From Alphaproteobacteria bacterium UBA830 (lineage in GTDB: Bacteria; Pseudomonadota; Alphaproteobacteria; MPNO01; UBA830), in NCBI GenBank assembly GCA_002295635.1, contig DBHK01000003.1:12561-76560 (forward strand): DNA of 64,000 nt, read 5' to 3'. Below are positions 39,857 through 51,227 of this stretch, one piece after another. The position numbers were made by a program, and so were the translations under genes. The notes under the pieces are model-generated. The model was not told where the DNA came from, did no database searches, and saw nothing but the letters and a program-made list of their open reading frames with translations. Each line of letters opens with the position of its first letter. Position 1 is the stretch's first letter.

Positions 39857-41239
39857 GTGATTTCAGCACGTTGCTTGCGGTCGGCATTGAATTCGGGCAT
39901 CTTAATTACCTGCTCATGTTTGGGATTTTGTCTGCATAATGGAGCAGGGGCCATTGGCATTCATAAATTGGGAACCGCTGTATTGGCGAAAAAAGATGTA
40001 GCCCTTCTGACGCTGCAATCTTTGGTCTGTTTGCCTGTAATGGTTTTTCTGACCAAAAGCACAGTGATCGTCCTTGCCGTCACGACAATCTGCGGGTTGC
40101 TCTACGTCAGGTCGTTTCCGCAATTCAGGCCGGTAAGTGCTTGGATGCTATTGATTACAACTGGTTTCGTTAGTGCGATATGGTCAATTACTCCGTATCA
40201 GTCACTCGAGCGGGCGGGGAAGTTCGGGATTTTTTTGGTTCTGCTTGCAGTGCTTATGTGCGTTGTCAGCCGGTGGACGCCTAAGGATCGACATCGTCTC
40301 TCTGAGCTAGGTCTCAAGGCATGGTGGGTTGCCTTGCTAATCGCGTTGCCACTGATATTTCTCGAAACTGAGGTAAAAACTTCGATAGCGCGAATATTTT
40401 CGCCAGACTGGGGAATTTATGTCCTTACCGAACAGGGAACTCATGTATTTAAGGTATGGAAGCCTATTTCCAACAATGGAGTGATAGTTCTGGTGGTCAC
40501 CGCTTTTCCTTTGCTAGGGCATCTAATGACTTCCGGGAGGAGAAAGAGGTATCTCTTTCTGTCTCTTATCGGGTTGTTTGCCGCCTGTCTTGCCTCTGGG
40601 AGCAGCAGTGCTTTGCTGGGCCTTGTTTCTGGACTAGTGGTTTGGTTTTTCTATGATCGGTGCGCTCGAGTAACTAAAAAAGTGCTGATCATTATCCTTC
40701 CACTATCAATCCTTACGATGCCTATTCTTGTTCATCCGCTGGCCAAGAACCCCGAATCGATCGCGCGCAACGTACCCAATTTCCCCAATTCTTTCATTCA
40801 CCGACTGCTAATTTGGGATTTCACACTTAAGCGTATCGCCGAGCGTCCTCTGCTTGGCTGGGGCCTGGATACGTCAAGGGCAATTCCCGGAGGTAAGGAT
40901 CTTCGTCCCATTCATTTTGTGGTGCCCTGGTCCGATAAGCCCATCACCCATCCGGATCAGAACCTTCCGTTACATCCGCATAATGCCGTACTTCAGGTCT
41001 GGCTTGAACTTGGAGCGTTTGGTGCCTTTGTCGTGATGCTGGGAATCTGGAGTTTATTACGAACGCAGCTTGTATCTGCTAGAAGTGGACCCATGGCCGG
41101 TTACATCGTCTGCGCTATGGCGGTTTACTGCGTCGCATTCGGTTTGATGCAATCGTGGTGGCTTTCACTTCTTTTCCTTGCTTGGGCAGCGGGAAAAGCG
41201 GCTACGCCATCGGAGACACGATCGAAGATTGGTGATTAG
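39857..41239 (+). CDS. O-antigen ligase/polymerase-like (Wzy_C domain) membrane protein
   Basis: The 460-aa polytopic membrane protein has a large loop containing a Wzy_C-like region. The start codon is uncertain. Confidence 0.55.
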   Translation: MISARCLRSALNSGILITCSCLGFCLHNGAGAIGIHKLGTAVLAKKDVALLTLQSLVCLPVMVFLTKSTVIVLAVTTICGLLYVRSFPQFRPVSAWMLLITTGFVSAIWSITPYQSLERAGKFGIFLVLLAVLMCVVSRWTPKDRHRLSELGLKAWWVALLIALPLIFLETEVKTSIARIFSPDWGIYVLTEQGTHVFKVWKPISNNGVIVLVVTAFPLLGHLMTSGRRKRYLFLSLIGLFAACLASGSSSALLGLVSGLVVWFFYDRCARVTKKVLIIILPLSILTMPILVHPLAKNPESIARNVPNFPNSFIHRLLIWDFTLKRIAERPLLGWGLDTSRAIPGGKDLRPIHFVVPWSDKPITHPDQNLPLHPHNAVLQVWLELGAFGAFVVMLGIWSLLRTQLVSARSGPMAGYIVCAMAVYCVAFGLMQSWWLSLLFLAWAAGKAATPSETRSKIGD

Positions 41240-41550
41240 AGTGAGCGCCAAAAGCCTATTCCATCGTTTTACAGAAGAAAATACCGGATGATCTTTGTCA
41301 CCGCATAATCACTGACGTTAGATCCACGGTGAATGAGTTGGCGGTCAAGCGCATTACAAACGTCTCGAACGGGGCGGTTTCGGCTGTTAGTCGCCGGCTC
41401 ATGCGCTTATATTTCGTGGGAGATGGTCGTATGGCAGCCTAGCATAATCGATTTTGTCCATAAGAACGGGTTGAGACAATAAACACTGGGAAGGTCATGT
41501 GTCATTCGAGCTTAGCGTGGCGCGGCCAACGTGGTATATGCTCGCTCAAT

Positions 41551-43242
41551 ATGAACGATAACCTCAAAGAAAAAGACAACGGCGGTCCTGTACGCGACTT
41601 CATCCGGGACCGTGTTAGCGCTGATCTGGCCAATGGCGCTGTCGATATCGTAACTACACGGTTTCCTCCGGAACCTAATGGCTATCTCCATATTGGTCAT
41701 GCCAAGTCGATTTGCTTGAATTTCGGTATAGCCATGGAATTCGGGGGTTTCTGTAATCTACGATTTGACGATACGAACCCAGCTAAAGAGGATCAGGAAT
41801 TCATCGACGCGATCCAGGCGGATATATCTTGGCTTAGTGTAGGGTGGAATGGAGAAGTCAAATACGCCTCGGATAACTTTGAGCAGCTTTATGCTTGGGC
41901 CGAACATCTTATCAGCGTAGAAAAGGCTTATGTTGATGACCTGAGCTCAGACGAAATTCGTGAATATCGCGGAACGTTAACAAAACCCGGCCAGAACAGC
42001 CCCTATCGAGGTCGCAGCGTCAATGAGAACCTCGATCTTTTTAGGCGCATGAGAGAGGGCGAATTCAAGGACGGCGCCCGGGTTCTAAGAGCGAAGATCG
42101 ACATGCATTCGGGTAATTTCAACCTGAGGGACCCGGTTTTGTACCGTATAAGCCGGGCGCCACATCCTCGTACCGGCGATACTTGGTGCATTTATCCGAC
42201 GTACGATTTTGCCCACGGTCAGACAGATGCAATCGAGGGCGTGACTCATTCACTATGCACTTTGGAATTTGAAGATCATCGACCACTTTACGAGTGGCTA
42301 CTCGAAAATTTGCCCGTTCCGACATCTCCAAGGCAATACGAATACTCCCGCCTCAATATCACTCATACGGTTCTGTCCAAACGTCGGCTCACCCAGTTGG
42401 TGGAGGAAGGTCATGTGTCGGGCTGGGACGACCCTCGCATGCCGACACTCGCCGGACTGCGTCGTCGTGGAGTTCCGGCGGAGGCTATAAGAGACTTCAT
42501 TTCTCGGCTGGCGATCTCCAAGAGTGACGGAATGGTTGAGGCCGCAATGCTCGAGCACTGCATTCGCGATAGATTGAATGATACCGCATTGCGGCGCATG
42601 GCGGTTTTACGCCCCTTAAAAGTAGTGATTGAAAACTATCCCGAAGGGAAGATTGAGGAATTAGAAGCTATCAATAATCCACGCGATTTAGCGGCCGGTA
42701 CACGGTCTGTGACATTTAGTCGGGAACTCTATATTGAGCGCGATGATTTTATGGAGGACGCTCCGAGGAAGTATTTCCGTCTTAGTCCGGGACGAGAAGT
42801 TCGACTAAGATCGGCATATTTCATTACCTGCACCGACGTGGTCAAGGACGAAGCTGGAGAAATCATAGAGATACGTTGTAGTTATGACCCGGAGACTAAG
42901 GGTGGTAACGCGCCAGACGGGCGCAAAGTGAAGGGGACACTGCATTGGGTATCAGCATCTAATGCATTGGATGCCGAGGTGAGGCTATACAACCCGCTTT
43001 TCAGCAATGAAAATCCTAGTATGACGGATGATTTTCTATCATTTCTACGCCACGATTCGCTCGAAAATCTTACGGGATGCAAGCTGGAGCACGTGCTGTC
43101 GCAGGCAGATGTCGGCGACGTCATTCAATTCGAGCGATTAGGATATTTCTGCGCTGACCCTGAGGGTAAGTCTACAGTGCCGGTTTTCAACCGGACCGTT
43201 GGTCTGCGCGACTCTTTTGCGAAAGAGATAGCTAAAGGGTAA
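41551..43242 (+). CDS. glnS: Glutaminyl-tRNA synthetase
   Basis: It aligns residue by residue with E. coli GlnRS as I recall it: [26 protein letters not shown], a VLSKRRL KMSKS-type motif, and a C-terminus VGLRDSFAK. The start is at MNDNLKEK, and the longer ORF from 41497 is an extension. Confidence 0.9.
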   Translation: MNDNLKEKDNGGPVRDFIRDRVSADLANGAVDIVTTRFPPEPNGYLHIGHAKSICLNFGIAMEFGGFCNLRFDDTNPAKEDQEFIDAIQADISWLSVGWNGEVKYASDNFEQLYAWAEHLISVEKAYVDDLSSDEIREYRGTLTKPGQNSPYRGRSVNENLDLFRRMREGEFKDGARVLRAKIDMHSGNFNLRDPVLYRISRAPHPRTGDTWCIYPTYDFAHGQTDAIEGVTHSLCTLEFEDHRPLYEWLLENLPVPTSPRQYEYSRLNITHTVLSKRRLTQLVEEGHVSGWDDPRMPTLAGLRRRGVPAEAIRDFISRLAISKSDGMVEAAMLEHCIRDRLNDTALRRMAVLRPLKVVIENYPEGKIEELEAINNPRDLAAGTRSVTFSRELYIERDDFMEDAPRKYFRLSPGREVRLRSAYFITCTDVVKDEAGEIIEIRCSYDPETKGGNAPDGRKVKGTLHWVSASNALDAEVRLYNPLFSNENPSMTDDFLSFLRHDSLENLTGCKLEHVLSQADVGDVIQFERLGYFCADPEGKSTVPVFNRTVGLRDSFAKEIAKG

Positions 43243-43248
43243 ATTTTT

Positions 43249-44871
43249 TCAACCGCGTAGCGCACTTAGCTGATTGCCGTAACCTGAAGGGTCGACAGTC
43301 ACGTCAACTAAGGTTGGGCCTTCCGTTTGAAACGCCTCCGCTAGCGCGAACTCCAGTGGGTCTTGTGCCCCTACTTTCCAGGCATTACATCCCAAACCTC
43401 GTGCAGTCACCGCAAAATCTACTTGAGGATACCTGACGCCAATAGGTGGGCGCTGCTGGCGCTGCTGCTTGATATCGATCAACGATAACGCAGCATCATT
43501 AAAAACTACTACGTTGAGTTCAACGCCTAGCCGGGCGGCGGTCGATAATTCCGCAAGAGACATCATCATCCCGCCGTCGCCGATGATCGCGATCGTAGGG
43601 CAGTTTGGTTCATTGAGGCTACTAGCTAGTGCCGCTGGCAATGCAAAACCCATAGTCGAGAGCCCATTGGACTTCAGTACATCATGGGGTTGGTTAGCTG
43701 GCCAGCGCGTCATTGCAGAAAACATGTGAGCTCCAGCATCTACGGTGAGACGCGCACCCCGCGGCGCGGCGCTAATAATAGCGTCTACGATTTCGTCTGG
43801 GGATCGCCCATTGGCGATATTGTTGGTGACGCCGTGACGAATTCGGATTTTATGTCCAGAGATGTCCTCGCCGGCCCATTCGGATCCACTGGATTGTTTA
43901 GCAAGAAAGTCTGCGAGCTCCGATATTGAGCCGGCTAGCTCAGGGTCCGGGTTGAACGGCCAAGAGAGACGTGGCGTTTCAGACAAGACGATCACAGGGA
44001 CGTTGTGGTACCAATTACCGGGTATCATTTCCACAGGATCGACGCCGCAGAAAATTATAAGATCCGCTTCCGTTAGAACCGTGTTATCAAGTTTCGCGCC
44101 TGTGTAGAGACCAATGTTCTTTGGATCTGTATCCGGGAGCACACCCTTAGCCTTATATGTAGTAAGAACGGGTCCATTAAGGGATCTTGCAAGCCGGTTT
44201 GCTGACGCTGCCCGATGGGCAGCCCGACACTGGAGGCCAATAATCATAACGGGTCTTTTCGCAGCGGCGATCCGCCTACGCGCTGTCTCGATCGTCTCGG
44301 GGTCAATCTCAGGCAAGTTTGAAAAGTCGTTGGGGGTGGCGGGGAGGCTTTCGGCGCCGGCATCCTGCGCTGAAAGATCTATATGTACCGGCCCCGGTGG
44401 CTCCTCGGTAGCGAGATCGAAAAGCCGCTCAAAAGATGTTGCACCATTGGAAGGCATCAATCTTTGCTGCGCCTTTGATATCGGCGCGAATAAGGATTGC
44501 TGGTCGAAGATTTGATGCGGAGGTGAGGTAGCACTTTCATTGTGCGCATCCGTAAAAATAATGACCGGTGCCCGTTCCAGAGACGCATACGCCACCCCGT
44601 TAACAACACTAGCTGCGCCTGGACCAATACCGGTCAGTACGATACCGGGTATACCAGTTAGCTCGCCGGTTACGGCGGCCATTATCCCCGCGGATGCCTC
44701 GGTACGGCAAAGAATGAATTCTATGCCGAGATCAGCGGCTGCAGCGATCAGGTCGAGGCTTGATCCGCCGCCGGGTATGCCGAACATGCGCTTGACGCCT
44801 CGCGCTTGCATCGTTTCCGCTATCCTGACAGCAAGGGTCTTGGGAGATTCTTTATCCGCGTCAATGTTCAT
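43249..44871 (-). CDS. Thiamine pyrophosphate-dependent enzyme, acetolactate synthase large-subunit-like
   Basis: The 540-aa protein has a TPP-binding GDGG.......L motif (IGDGGMMMSLAEL) and the three-domain IlvB/sulfoacetaldehyde acetyltransferase-like architecture. Confidence 0.82.
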   Translation of the reverse strand: MNIDADKESPKTLAVRIAETMQARGVKRMFGIPGGGSSLDLIAAAADLGIEFILCRTEASAGIMAAVTGELTGIPGIVLTGIGPGAASVVNGVAYASLERAPVIIFTDAHNESATSPPHQIFDQQSLFAPISKAQQRLMPSNGATSFERLFDLATEEPPGPVHIDLSAQDAGAESLPATPNDFSNLPEIDPETIETARRRIAAAKRPVMIIGLQCRAAHRAASANRLARSLNGPVLTTYKAKGVLPDTDPKNIGLYTGAKLDNTVLTEADLIIFCGVDPVEMIPGNWYHNVPVIVLSETPRLSWPFNPDPELAGSISELADFLAKQSSGSEWAGEDISGHKIRIRHGVTNNIANGRSPDEIVDAIISAAPRGARLTVDAGAHMFSAMTRWPANQPHDVLKSNGLSTMGFALPAALASSLNEPNCPTIAIIGDGGMMMSLAELSTAARLGVELNVVVFNDAALSLIDIKQQRQQRPPIGVRYPQVDFAVTARGLGCNAWKVGAQDPLEFALAEAFQTEGPTLVDVTVDPSGYGNQLSALRG

Positions 44872-45223
44872 TTCACGCCAAGTTTACGGACATTAAGGAA
44901 TACGTCGTTTGCTATAGTTTGCAAGTCAGACATGAAGGACACTGGACACCCTATTTCGTCGCTAGAGATACGCAAGAGGCACGTTACATTGTCAACCCGA
45001 ACATCCAATACGGAGCCCCAAAAACAAACCTTAGCAACTACTCTAAGGCCTAGAAAGACAGAATCAGGAAATGACCATCTCCAAAAAGCGAGATATTGTA
45101 CCTAGGTAGGCAAAATGGGACAATAATTCTCATTTAAGGCTAGAGTTATACGCTCCAAACTGGGACCTTAACGTAGGGAAAATTGCCAATATTGGTACCC
45201 GAATGAAAAATGAAGGCGCGATC

Positions 45224-46549
45224 ATGATCTGGACTACAGAAAAAATTGCTGGATTAGTGGAACCCGACCGAGCGCACCGGATGGCCTACACGAATCCTGA
45301 AATTTTCGATCTTGAAATGGAAAGAATTTTCGAGCGAACCTGGATTTATGTAGGACATGAAAGCCAAGTAAAAAATCCTGGGGACTATTATCTTGCTCAG
45401 GTGGGTCGCCAGCCGGTGATCATGATCCGCGGTCAGGACAACGAGGTAAATGTCTTGTATAATCGATGTCCTCATCGCGGAGCGCAGCTATGTACAGCGC
45501 GTAAGGGTAATACGGGTAACCATTTTTATTGCTCTTATCATGCTTGGACTTTTCACCTTGATGGAAAGCTCGAGAGTATGCCGGCGAGAAGGGAATACGA
45601 CGGTACCAATCTCGATTTTGATAATCCTGAATTCCATATATCTCGGTTGCCGCGCGCAGCTAATTATCGTGGTTTTTGGTTTGCTAGCCTTTCGAATGAA
45701 GGTTTAGACTTAAAAACTCACCTTGGTGAATCCACTGCCGCCTTTGATCAATTGATTGATCGGGCGCCAGGTAAGGAGACGGAAGTTGTTGGAGACTGCT
45801 TCCGCATGGTTCAGCAGTCGAACTGGAAAATCTTCCTCGAGAATCAGCTCGACGCCTCTCATCCCGGCGTTACCCATGAGTCTACTGGTAAGGCCGCGCA
45901 GCGTATAGAGGCCAAAAAACGCGATGAAGGTGAAGAAGTCCCTCTTGAATTGACCTTCCTCTCAGATTTCGCCCGGCTCGGCCACGACGGTTGGACAAAG
46001 TTCGGCACAGTAGGGTACCGCAACGGTCACAGTAGTCTCGAGGGCTATATGGGACTGAGGCCTGATGACCCGGATACCAACGAATATGTCCGGCGAATGT
46101 ATGAGGCGTACGGAGAGGAAAAGACAGAAGAGATTCTTGGTATAAATATACACCATATGTTGGTCTATCCGTGCAATTCCGTTCAACCACCGTTGCAGCA
46201 GCTTCGCACAATCCGTCCTCTGGCCCACGACAAGACGCTTACAGAAATATGGCATTTCCGACTGAAAGACGCGCCGGAAGCAATATATCGCCGCTCTCTG
46301 GCCTATTATTACCTCGTAAATTCGCCTTCAACGCTGGTTAACGCGGACGATCTGTTTAACTGGTGGAAGTGCCAACACGGCTTAGATTCAAATGCTAGCG
46401 AATGGGTCAGTTTTCACCGCAAGGCAGGCCAGGATGAAGAACGTGACGGAATAGCCTACTCAGCGCCAGAAAGCATGAGCGAACTCCCACTACGTCATAT
46501 GATGTATGCTTGGCGCGACTATATGACCGCCGATACTGGAGCAAAGTAA
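45224..46549 (+). CDS. Rieske ring-hydroxylating oxygenase alpha subunit
   Basis: It has the Rieske motif CPHRGAQLC...CSYHAWTF. The start at MIWTTE is preceded by GAAGG. Confidence 0.85.
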   Translation: MIWTTEKIAGLVEPDRAHRMAYTNPEIFDLEMERIFERTWIYVGHESQVKNPGDYYLAQVGRQPVIMIRGQDNEVNVLYNRCPHRGAQLCTARKGNTGNHFYCSYHAWTFHLDGKLESMPARREYDGTNLDFDNPEFHISRLPRAANYRGFWFASLSNEGLDLKTHLGESTAAFDQLIDRAPGKETEVVGDCFRMVQQSNWKIFLENQLDASHPGVTHESTGKAAQRIEAKKRDEGEEVPLELTFLSDFARLGHDGWTKFGTVGYRNGHSSLEGYMGLRPDDPDTNEYVRRMYEAYGEEKTEEILGINIHHMLVYPCNSVQPPLQQLRTIRPLAHDKTLTEIWHFRLKDAPEAIYRRSLAYYYLVNSPSTLVNADDLFNWWKCQHGLDSNASEWVSFHRKAGQDEERDGIAYSAPESMSELPLRHMMYAWRDYMTADTGAK

Positions 46550-47085
46550 TGACCGAGGCTTGCGAGATTTTGGCTGCGGCAGATAATGCTGCCGTCGCAG
46601 ATGTAAGTGTCGAAACGCATCGTGCTGTTGAGCGGTTCCTCTATTGTCAGGCGGATATTTTGGACGAAAAACGGACGGATGAATGGCTGGGACTATTTGC
46701 TGATAACGGTTACTACTGGATGCCCTCAGAGGAACATCAGATTGAGGGTGATGGCATGCCCAATATCTTCTGGGAAGATCATGATCTGATGCTGATGCGA
46801 ATATCGCGGAATTCGCATCCGCGTGCCCATAGTCAGGCTCCACATAATCGCCTTAACCATGTAGTGTCGAATGTAGTGATCGAGAGCGAAAACGCCGATG
46901 GCGATATCATCGTGAGATCTCGTTTCCACTGCACGGAGTATTTCCGCTACCAAGTGCGCTCGTTCTCGGGGAAGTACCGGCATCTTCTGAAGAAAACATC
47001 AGATGGCTACCGCATCGCCTTGCAGCGGGTCGATCTTGTCAACCGCGAGGGACCTTACGACTATGTTTTGCAGTGGTGGCTTTAG
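46549..47085 (+). CDS. Ring-hydroxylating oxygenase beta subunit
   Basis: The start overlaps the alpha stop (TAATG). The roughly 178-aa protein has the NTF2-like small-subunit fold. Confidence 0.8.
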   Translation: MTEACEILAAADNAAVADVSVETHRAVERFLYCQADILDEKRTDEWLGLFADNGYYWMPSEEHQIEGDGMPNIFWEDHDLMLMRISRNSHPRAHSQAPHNRLNHVVSNVVIESENADGDIIVRSRFHCTEYFRYQVRSFSGKYRHLLKKTSDGYRIALQRVDLVNREGPYDYVLQWWL

Positions 47086-47116
47086 GGTAACCTGACCGGC
47101 GACGGCCAAACCTATT

Positions 47117-47572
47117 TCAGTTCACGTTTTCATATTTATATAGGCCTTCAATCTCGTGCAGGTTTTCGGCGCGGGCGCGAAGTTCAATCACGTTGCGGTC
47201 CGGGTCACGGACGAACAGTGACACGTGACCGTCTTGTCCGAACATTACTGGTCCCTGGGTGATTCGAATATCGTTGTCTTTGAGTACTTGGATGGTATCT
47301 TCGATGGACGAAACGCGCAGTGCCAGATGGGTGATGCCAGCGTGTTTAGTCCTTGTATCCATCAGGATGTTACAACCATCGAGCTCATCTGCCGCGTTTA
47401 CGACAAGATTGATTTCAACGCACTGTGAATTTCGAATGATAATGACTGGATCGAAATCAACGCAAGTCATAACCTCAAAACCAAGGAGTTCGTAGAAAGC
47501 GATCGCTCGCTCAGCGTTCTTTACCCGGATACCGGTATGATCGACGCATTCGACATTTATTTTGGAGGCCAT
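47117..47572 (-). CDS. VOC (glyoxalase / extradiol dioxygenase-like) family protein
   Basis: The 151-aa protein has paired beta-alpha-beta-beta-beta modules with HTGIRV and HLALRV metal-ligand regions. Confidence 0.78.
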   Translation of the reverse strand: MASKINVECVDHTGIRVKNAERAIAFYELLGFEVMTCVDFDPVIIIRNSQCVEINLVVNAADELDGCNILMDTRTKHAGITHLALRVSSIEDTIQVLKDNDIRITQGPVMFGQDGHVSLFVRDPDRNVIELRARAENLHEIEGLYKYENVN

Positions 47573-47619
47573 CGTTCCAAATCCTCCGGGGTTTCTGCCA
47601 GAACGGGGTCAAAAGAAAA

Positions 47620-49254
47620 TTAGGTTGGAATGTTGACAGGAGCAAGTGGAACTTCTCCGACTATAAGGTCGGCAGCGCGGTCCGCGAAGGCCATTGTCGG
47701 TGCGTTGATATTACCCCCTAGCATATCCGGGAAAATAGACGCATCGATTACCCGTAAATTCTCGGTTCCATGGACCCGCATTTCCGGGTCTACGACTGCC
47801 CATTCATCTGTATTGGCACCCATTTTGCATGTGCCGAGCGGATGATGGACTGTCCATGCCGTCCTTTTAATGAATTCATCAAAAGACTCGTCTGCTGGTT
47901 GGATTTCTGGCCCACGGAACTTATCCAGTGCCTTCTGACTGGCAATTTCCCTGACGATTTCGATGCCCTCGCGGAGCAGTTCCCGGTCTTCAGGTTCTGA
48001 TAAAAATTTTTGATAGATAAGAGCATGATCGGCCGGGTTGCTGGACGCCAGTTTAAGTTCCCCCCGACTTTTCGGATGCAGTACGACGGGCCGGACCATG
48101 AAGGCATCTTTCGGTTTCGGTCTGTATCCGGGAAACCAAGGTTGCGATTCCGGCGGGATGAACCGCGCTAGCAATTGTAGATCGGGCTGGGGCAGGTCTT
48201 CTCTAGTCTTAATATATCCGGTTAACGGTCCAGGCATTTCAGTCGCGAATCCCTTACCAAGGAAATAAGCCTGTGCCATTGACAGAAGCAGGCGATCCCA
48301 ACGTAGCCTACCTACGAACGGACCATCGCCGATACGTTCATACTCCACGCCGACAGATAGATGATCTTGGAGGTTTTGACCTACGCCTTTCAGGTCGACT
48401 GCGACACTGATTCCGTGTTCGTTTAAGTGATCTCCGTTCCCGATCCCGGAAAGCATTAGGAGTTGTGGGGAATTAATGACACCGCCGGAAATGATGACTT
48501 CTCGCTCTGAATAAACGGCGGTTAATGGGCCACCCTCGACGGCGGAATATTCGACGCCTGTAGCTTTGTTGCCTTCAAGCAATACTTTGTGAACAAGCTT
48601 TTTAGTTATTACGGTCAGGTTTGATCTTTTCATCGCGGGATAAAGGTACGCAACTGCTGAACTGCATCGTTTACCATTTCGGATGGTTGACTGAAGCGTA
48701 CCTAGTCCCTCATTCTGCACACCGTTATAATCGGGCGTACGGGCATAACCGGCCTGTTCGCCTGCGTTCAGCCACGCTTCATGCAATGGATCAGGAAATT
48801 TATTTTCGATGGTGGACAGCGGACCACCTGTGCCTCGGAGGGGTAGGTCTCCTTTTTCCCAATCCTCGGCTTTGATGAAGTAAGGCAGTATGTCGGCGTA
48901 GGACCATCCAACACAGCCGTTCCGCGACCAGCGGTCATAGTCTTCGCGATGACAGCGAACATAGGCCATTGCGTTAATTGATGATGATCCGCCCAGAACC
49001 TTTCCGCGTGCGCATTCCACCTTGCGGTTGTCGAAGTTGGCTTCTTCTTCGGTGAAGTAGCCCCAGTCGTACAGACGTTCGAAAAGAATTTTTCCCCAGC
49101 CCAGCGGGACGCGGATGATCGGGTTGCGGTCACTTCCGCCGGCTTCGATCAGCAGGACCTGGGTATCGGGATTTTCAGTCAGCCGGTTGGCCAGCGTGCA
49201 GCCCGCTGATCCCGCGCCGATGATGATATAGTCGTATGTTTTCGCGTTGCTCAT
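47620..49254 (-). CDS. GMC family oxidoreductase (choline dehydrogenase-like)
   Basis: The protein has a GMC signature N-terminus (YDYIIIGAGSAGCTLANRL), a GxGxxG motif, and C-terminal His and Asn active-site residues. Confidence 0.9.
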   Translation of the reverse strand: MSNAKTYDYIIIGAGSAGCTLANRLTENPDTQVLLIEAGGSDRNPIIRVPLGWGKILFERLYDWGYFTEEEANFDNRKVECARGKVLGGSSSINAMAYVRCHREDYDRWSRNGCVGWSYADILPYFIKAEDWEKGDLPLRGTGGPLSTIENKFPDPLHEAWLNAGEQAGYARTPDYNGVQNEGLGTLQSTIRNGKRCSSAVAYLYPAMKRSNLTVITKKLVHKVLLEGNKATGVEYSAVEGGPLTAVYSEREVIISGGVINSPQLLMLSGIGNGDHLNEHGISVAVDLKGVGQNLQDHLSVGVEYERIGDGPFVGRLRWDRLLLSMAQAYFLGKGFATEMPGPLTGYIKTREDLPQPDLQLLARFIPPESQPWFPGYRPKPKDAFMVRPVVLHPKSRGELKLASSNPADHALIYQKFLSEPEDRELLREGIEIVREIASQKALDKFRGPEIQPADESFDEFIKRTAWTVHHPLGTCKMGANTDEWAVVDPEMRVHGTENLRVIDASIFPDMLGGNINAPTMAFADRAADLIVGEVPLAPVNIPT

Positions 49255-49440
49255 TTTTTATTCCTGCGAATTGATCTTGATAATATTGGATAGGATAGCA
49301 CACGGTTTTCATGCCCCAATAGACCTCACGGCAAGATTAGTGAACCTCACTATCAAATAATCTAATCCAATGATTTGGTCCCGATTCGCTGTGACTCACA
49401 TCTAGACCTACACAGGGCTATAATACCGTTGAGACTTTCT

Positions 49441-51090
49441 ATGCGGAACAACCCAATGACCGAAACACCCATCGTGATCGTCGGAGGCGGGCCTGTCGGC
49501 TTAAATCTTGCCTTGGACTTGGCCTGGCGACAGGTGCCCTGCATGTTAGTTAATCAGGGGAAAACGACAGCAGATCATCCACAGGGTAACACCAATAATG
49601 CGCGAACAATGGAAATCTACCGACGGCTTGGTATCGCCGATAGAATTCGGGACGTGGGGCTGCCGATAGATCATTGCGGCGACGCGATTTTCGTCACGCG
49701 GATAAATGCTCATGAAATTGGACGTATCAAAATACCCAGCGTCCGAGATCGTCTGAAACCGGGGTCCATCGATCTGGAACTTGGCCCCGAGCCTCTGCAA
49801 CGTGCCTCTCAGATGTTCGTAGAAAGGGTACTGAAAGAAGAGCTTGATACCAAGGCTACCGTGGATATGCGGTTTGGCTGGAAAATGATTTCGTTCGAAC
49901 CTTCAGACGAGGCGGTTATTGTCGAAATCCAGAATATTGATACTGGCAAAATTGAGACCGTCTCCTGCGGATATCTGGTGGGTTGCGACGGCGGTCGCAG
50001 CACAGTCCGACGCAGCCTCGGTATTGAATACGTCGGTAAGTCAGGCGAAGAAGTCGATTTCATGATGGGCCAGATGCTGTCGGTCTATTTTCACGCTCCC
50101 GCACTTTACGACGTAATGAAGACCGATGCGCCATGGCAATTTCATTCAATGAATCCCCAAGGCCGAGCCTCAATTGTTGCGTTGGACGGGAAAGGACATT
50201 TTCTTACCTGGGCTAAGCTGGAACCGGGACAAGACGCCTATTCGATAGATCCTCGCCCCTATATCTGGCGCGTGGTCGGGGAAGAAATACCGGTAAATAT
50301 ACTTTCGTCTAAACCGTGGCAGGCAGGTTTGTCATTGGTTGCCAATGAATATCAGCGGGGTCGTGTGATCCTAGCAGGCGATTCTGTGCATCTGTTCACA
50401 CCCACCGGCGGGTTCGGAATGAATACTGGCGTCGGCGATGCCGAAAATCTTGGCTGGAAGCTGGAAGCATGGAATAGCGGCTGGGCGGGTGATCGTCTGA
50501 TCGGTACCTACGAGTGCGAGCGCCGCCCGGTAGCTATCCGCAACCTCGCTCAGTCCTATGCATTGGCGCAAGATAAGTCTGCACTTTCGGTTCCTCCCGC
50601 AATTGAGGACGAAACACCCGAAGGTGAGGCGTTAAGGGCAGATCTCGGTATTCGCACCGAAAAGACCCTGGCGGAAGAGTACTATTGTATGGGTATCCAA
50701 CTCGGCGCGCGATATGACGGTTCCCCTTTAATATGTGCCGAGCATGGTGATGTTCCGGTAAGCGATCCCTTCACTTATATTCCAACTGCGTGGCCTGGGG
50801 GTCGCGCACCACATTGTTGGCTGGCAGACGGCACAGCGCTGTTCGACCATTTCGGCAAGGGGTTCACCCTACTTCGCCTCGGGAGTTCCATAGCTGATAC
50901 ATCGGCTCTAGAGCGGGTAGCTGAAGAAAAAGGCGTGCCGCTAAGCATTTTCTCGGTCGACAACCCACAGATCCGCGCCCTGTATGAAGCAGATCTGGCG
51001 CTTATACGGCCGGACCAATACGTGGCATGGCGCGGAGAGGCAGTGCCGGATAACCCGTCGGCTTTGATTGATTGTGTGAGGGGTGCCTGA
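49441..51090 (+). CDS. FAD-dependent aromatic-ring monooxygenase (phenol hydroxylase / MhpA-like)
   Basis: It has an IVIVGGGPVGL FAD site, a DG motif (GCDGGRSTVR) and a GDSVH motif. The protein is about 550 aa and its C-terminal thioredoxin-like domain is typical. Confidence 0.85.
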   Translation: MRNNPMTETPIVIVGGGPVGLNLALDLAWRQVPCMLVNQGKTTADHPQGNTNNARTMEIYRRLGIADRIRDVGLPIDHCGDAIFVTRINAHEIGRIKIPSVRDRLKPGSIDLELGPEPLQRASQMFVERVLKEELDTKATVDMRFGWKMISFEPSDEAVIVEIQNIDTGKIETVSCGYLVGCDGGRSTVRRSLGIEYVGKSGEEVDFMMGQMLSVYFHAPALYDVMKTDAPWQFHSMNPQGRASIVALDGKGHFLTWAKLEPGQDAYSIDPRPYIWRVVGEEIPVNILSSKPWQAGLSLVANEYQRGRVILAGDSVHLFTPTGGFGMNTGVGDAENLGWKLEAWNSGWAGDRLIGTYECERRPVAIRNLAQSYALAQDKSALSVPPAIEDETPEGEALRADLGIRTEKTLAEEYYCMGIQLGARYDGSPLICAEHGDVPVSDPFTYIPTAWPGGRAPHCWLADGTALFDHFGKGFTLLRLGSSIADTSALERVAEEKGVPLSIFSVDNPQIRALYEADLALIRPDQYVAWRGEAVPDNPSALIDCVRGA

Positions 51091-51227
51091 CCCTCGGCGC
51101 ACCGTTTGTTACTCATTTCCCGATTTGATTATCTCAACCTTTTTCTTATACCCTTCCATCTCCGGACCAGCCCTGTATTCTAACAGTACTTTGGGTAACA
51201 TCGAATTTAGATGAGGGACTATAGGCG

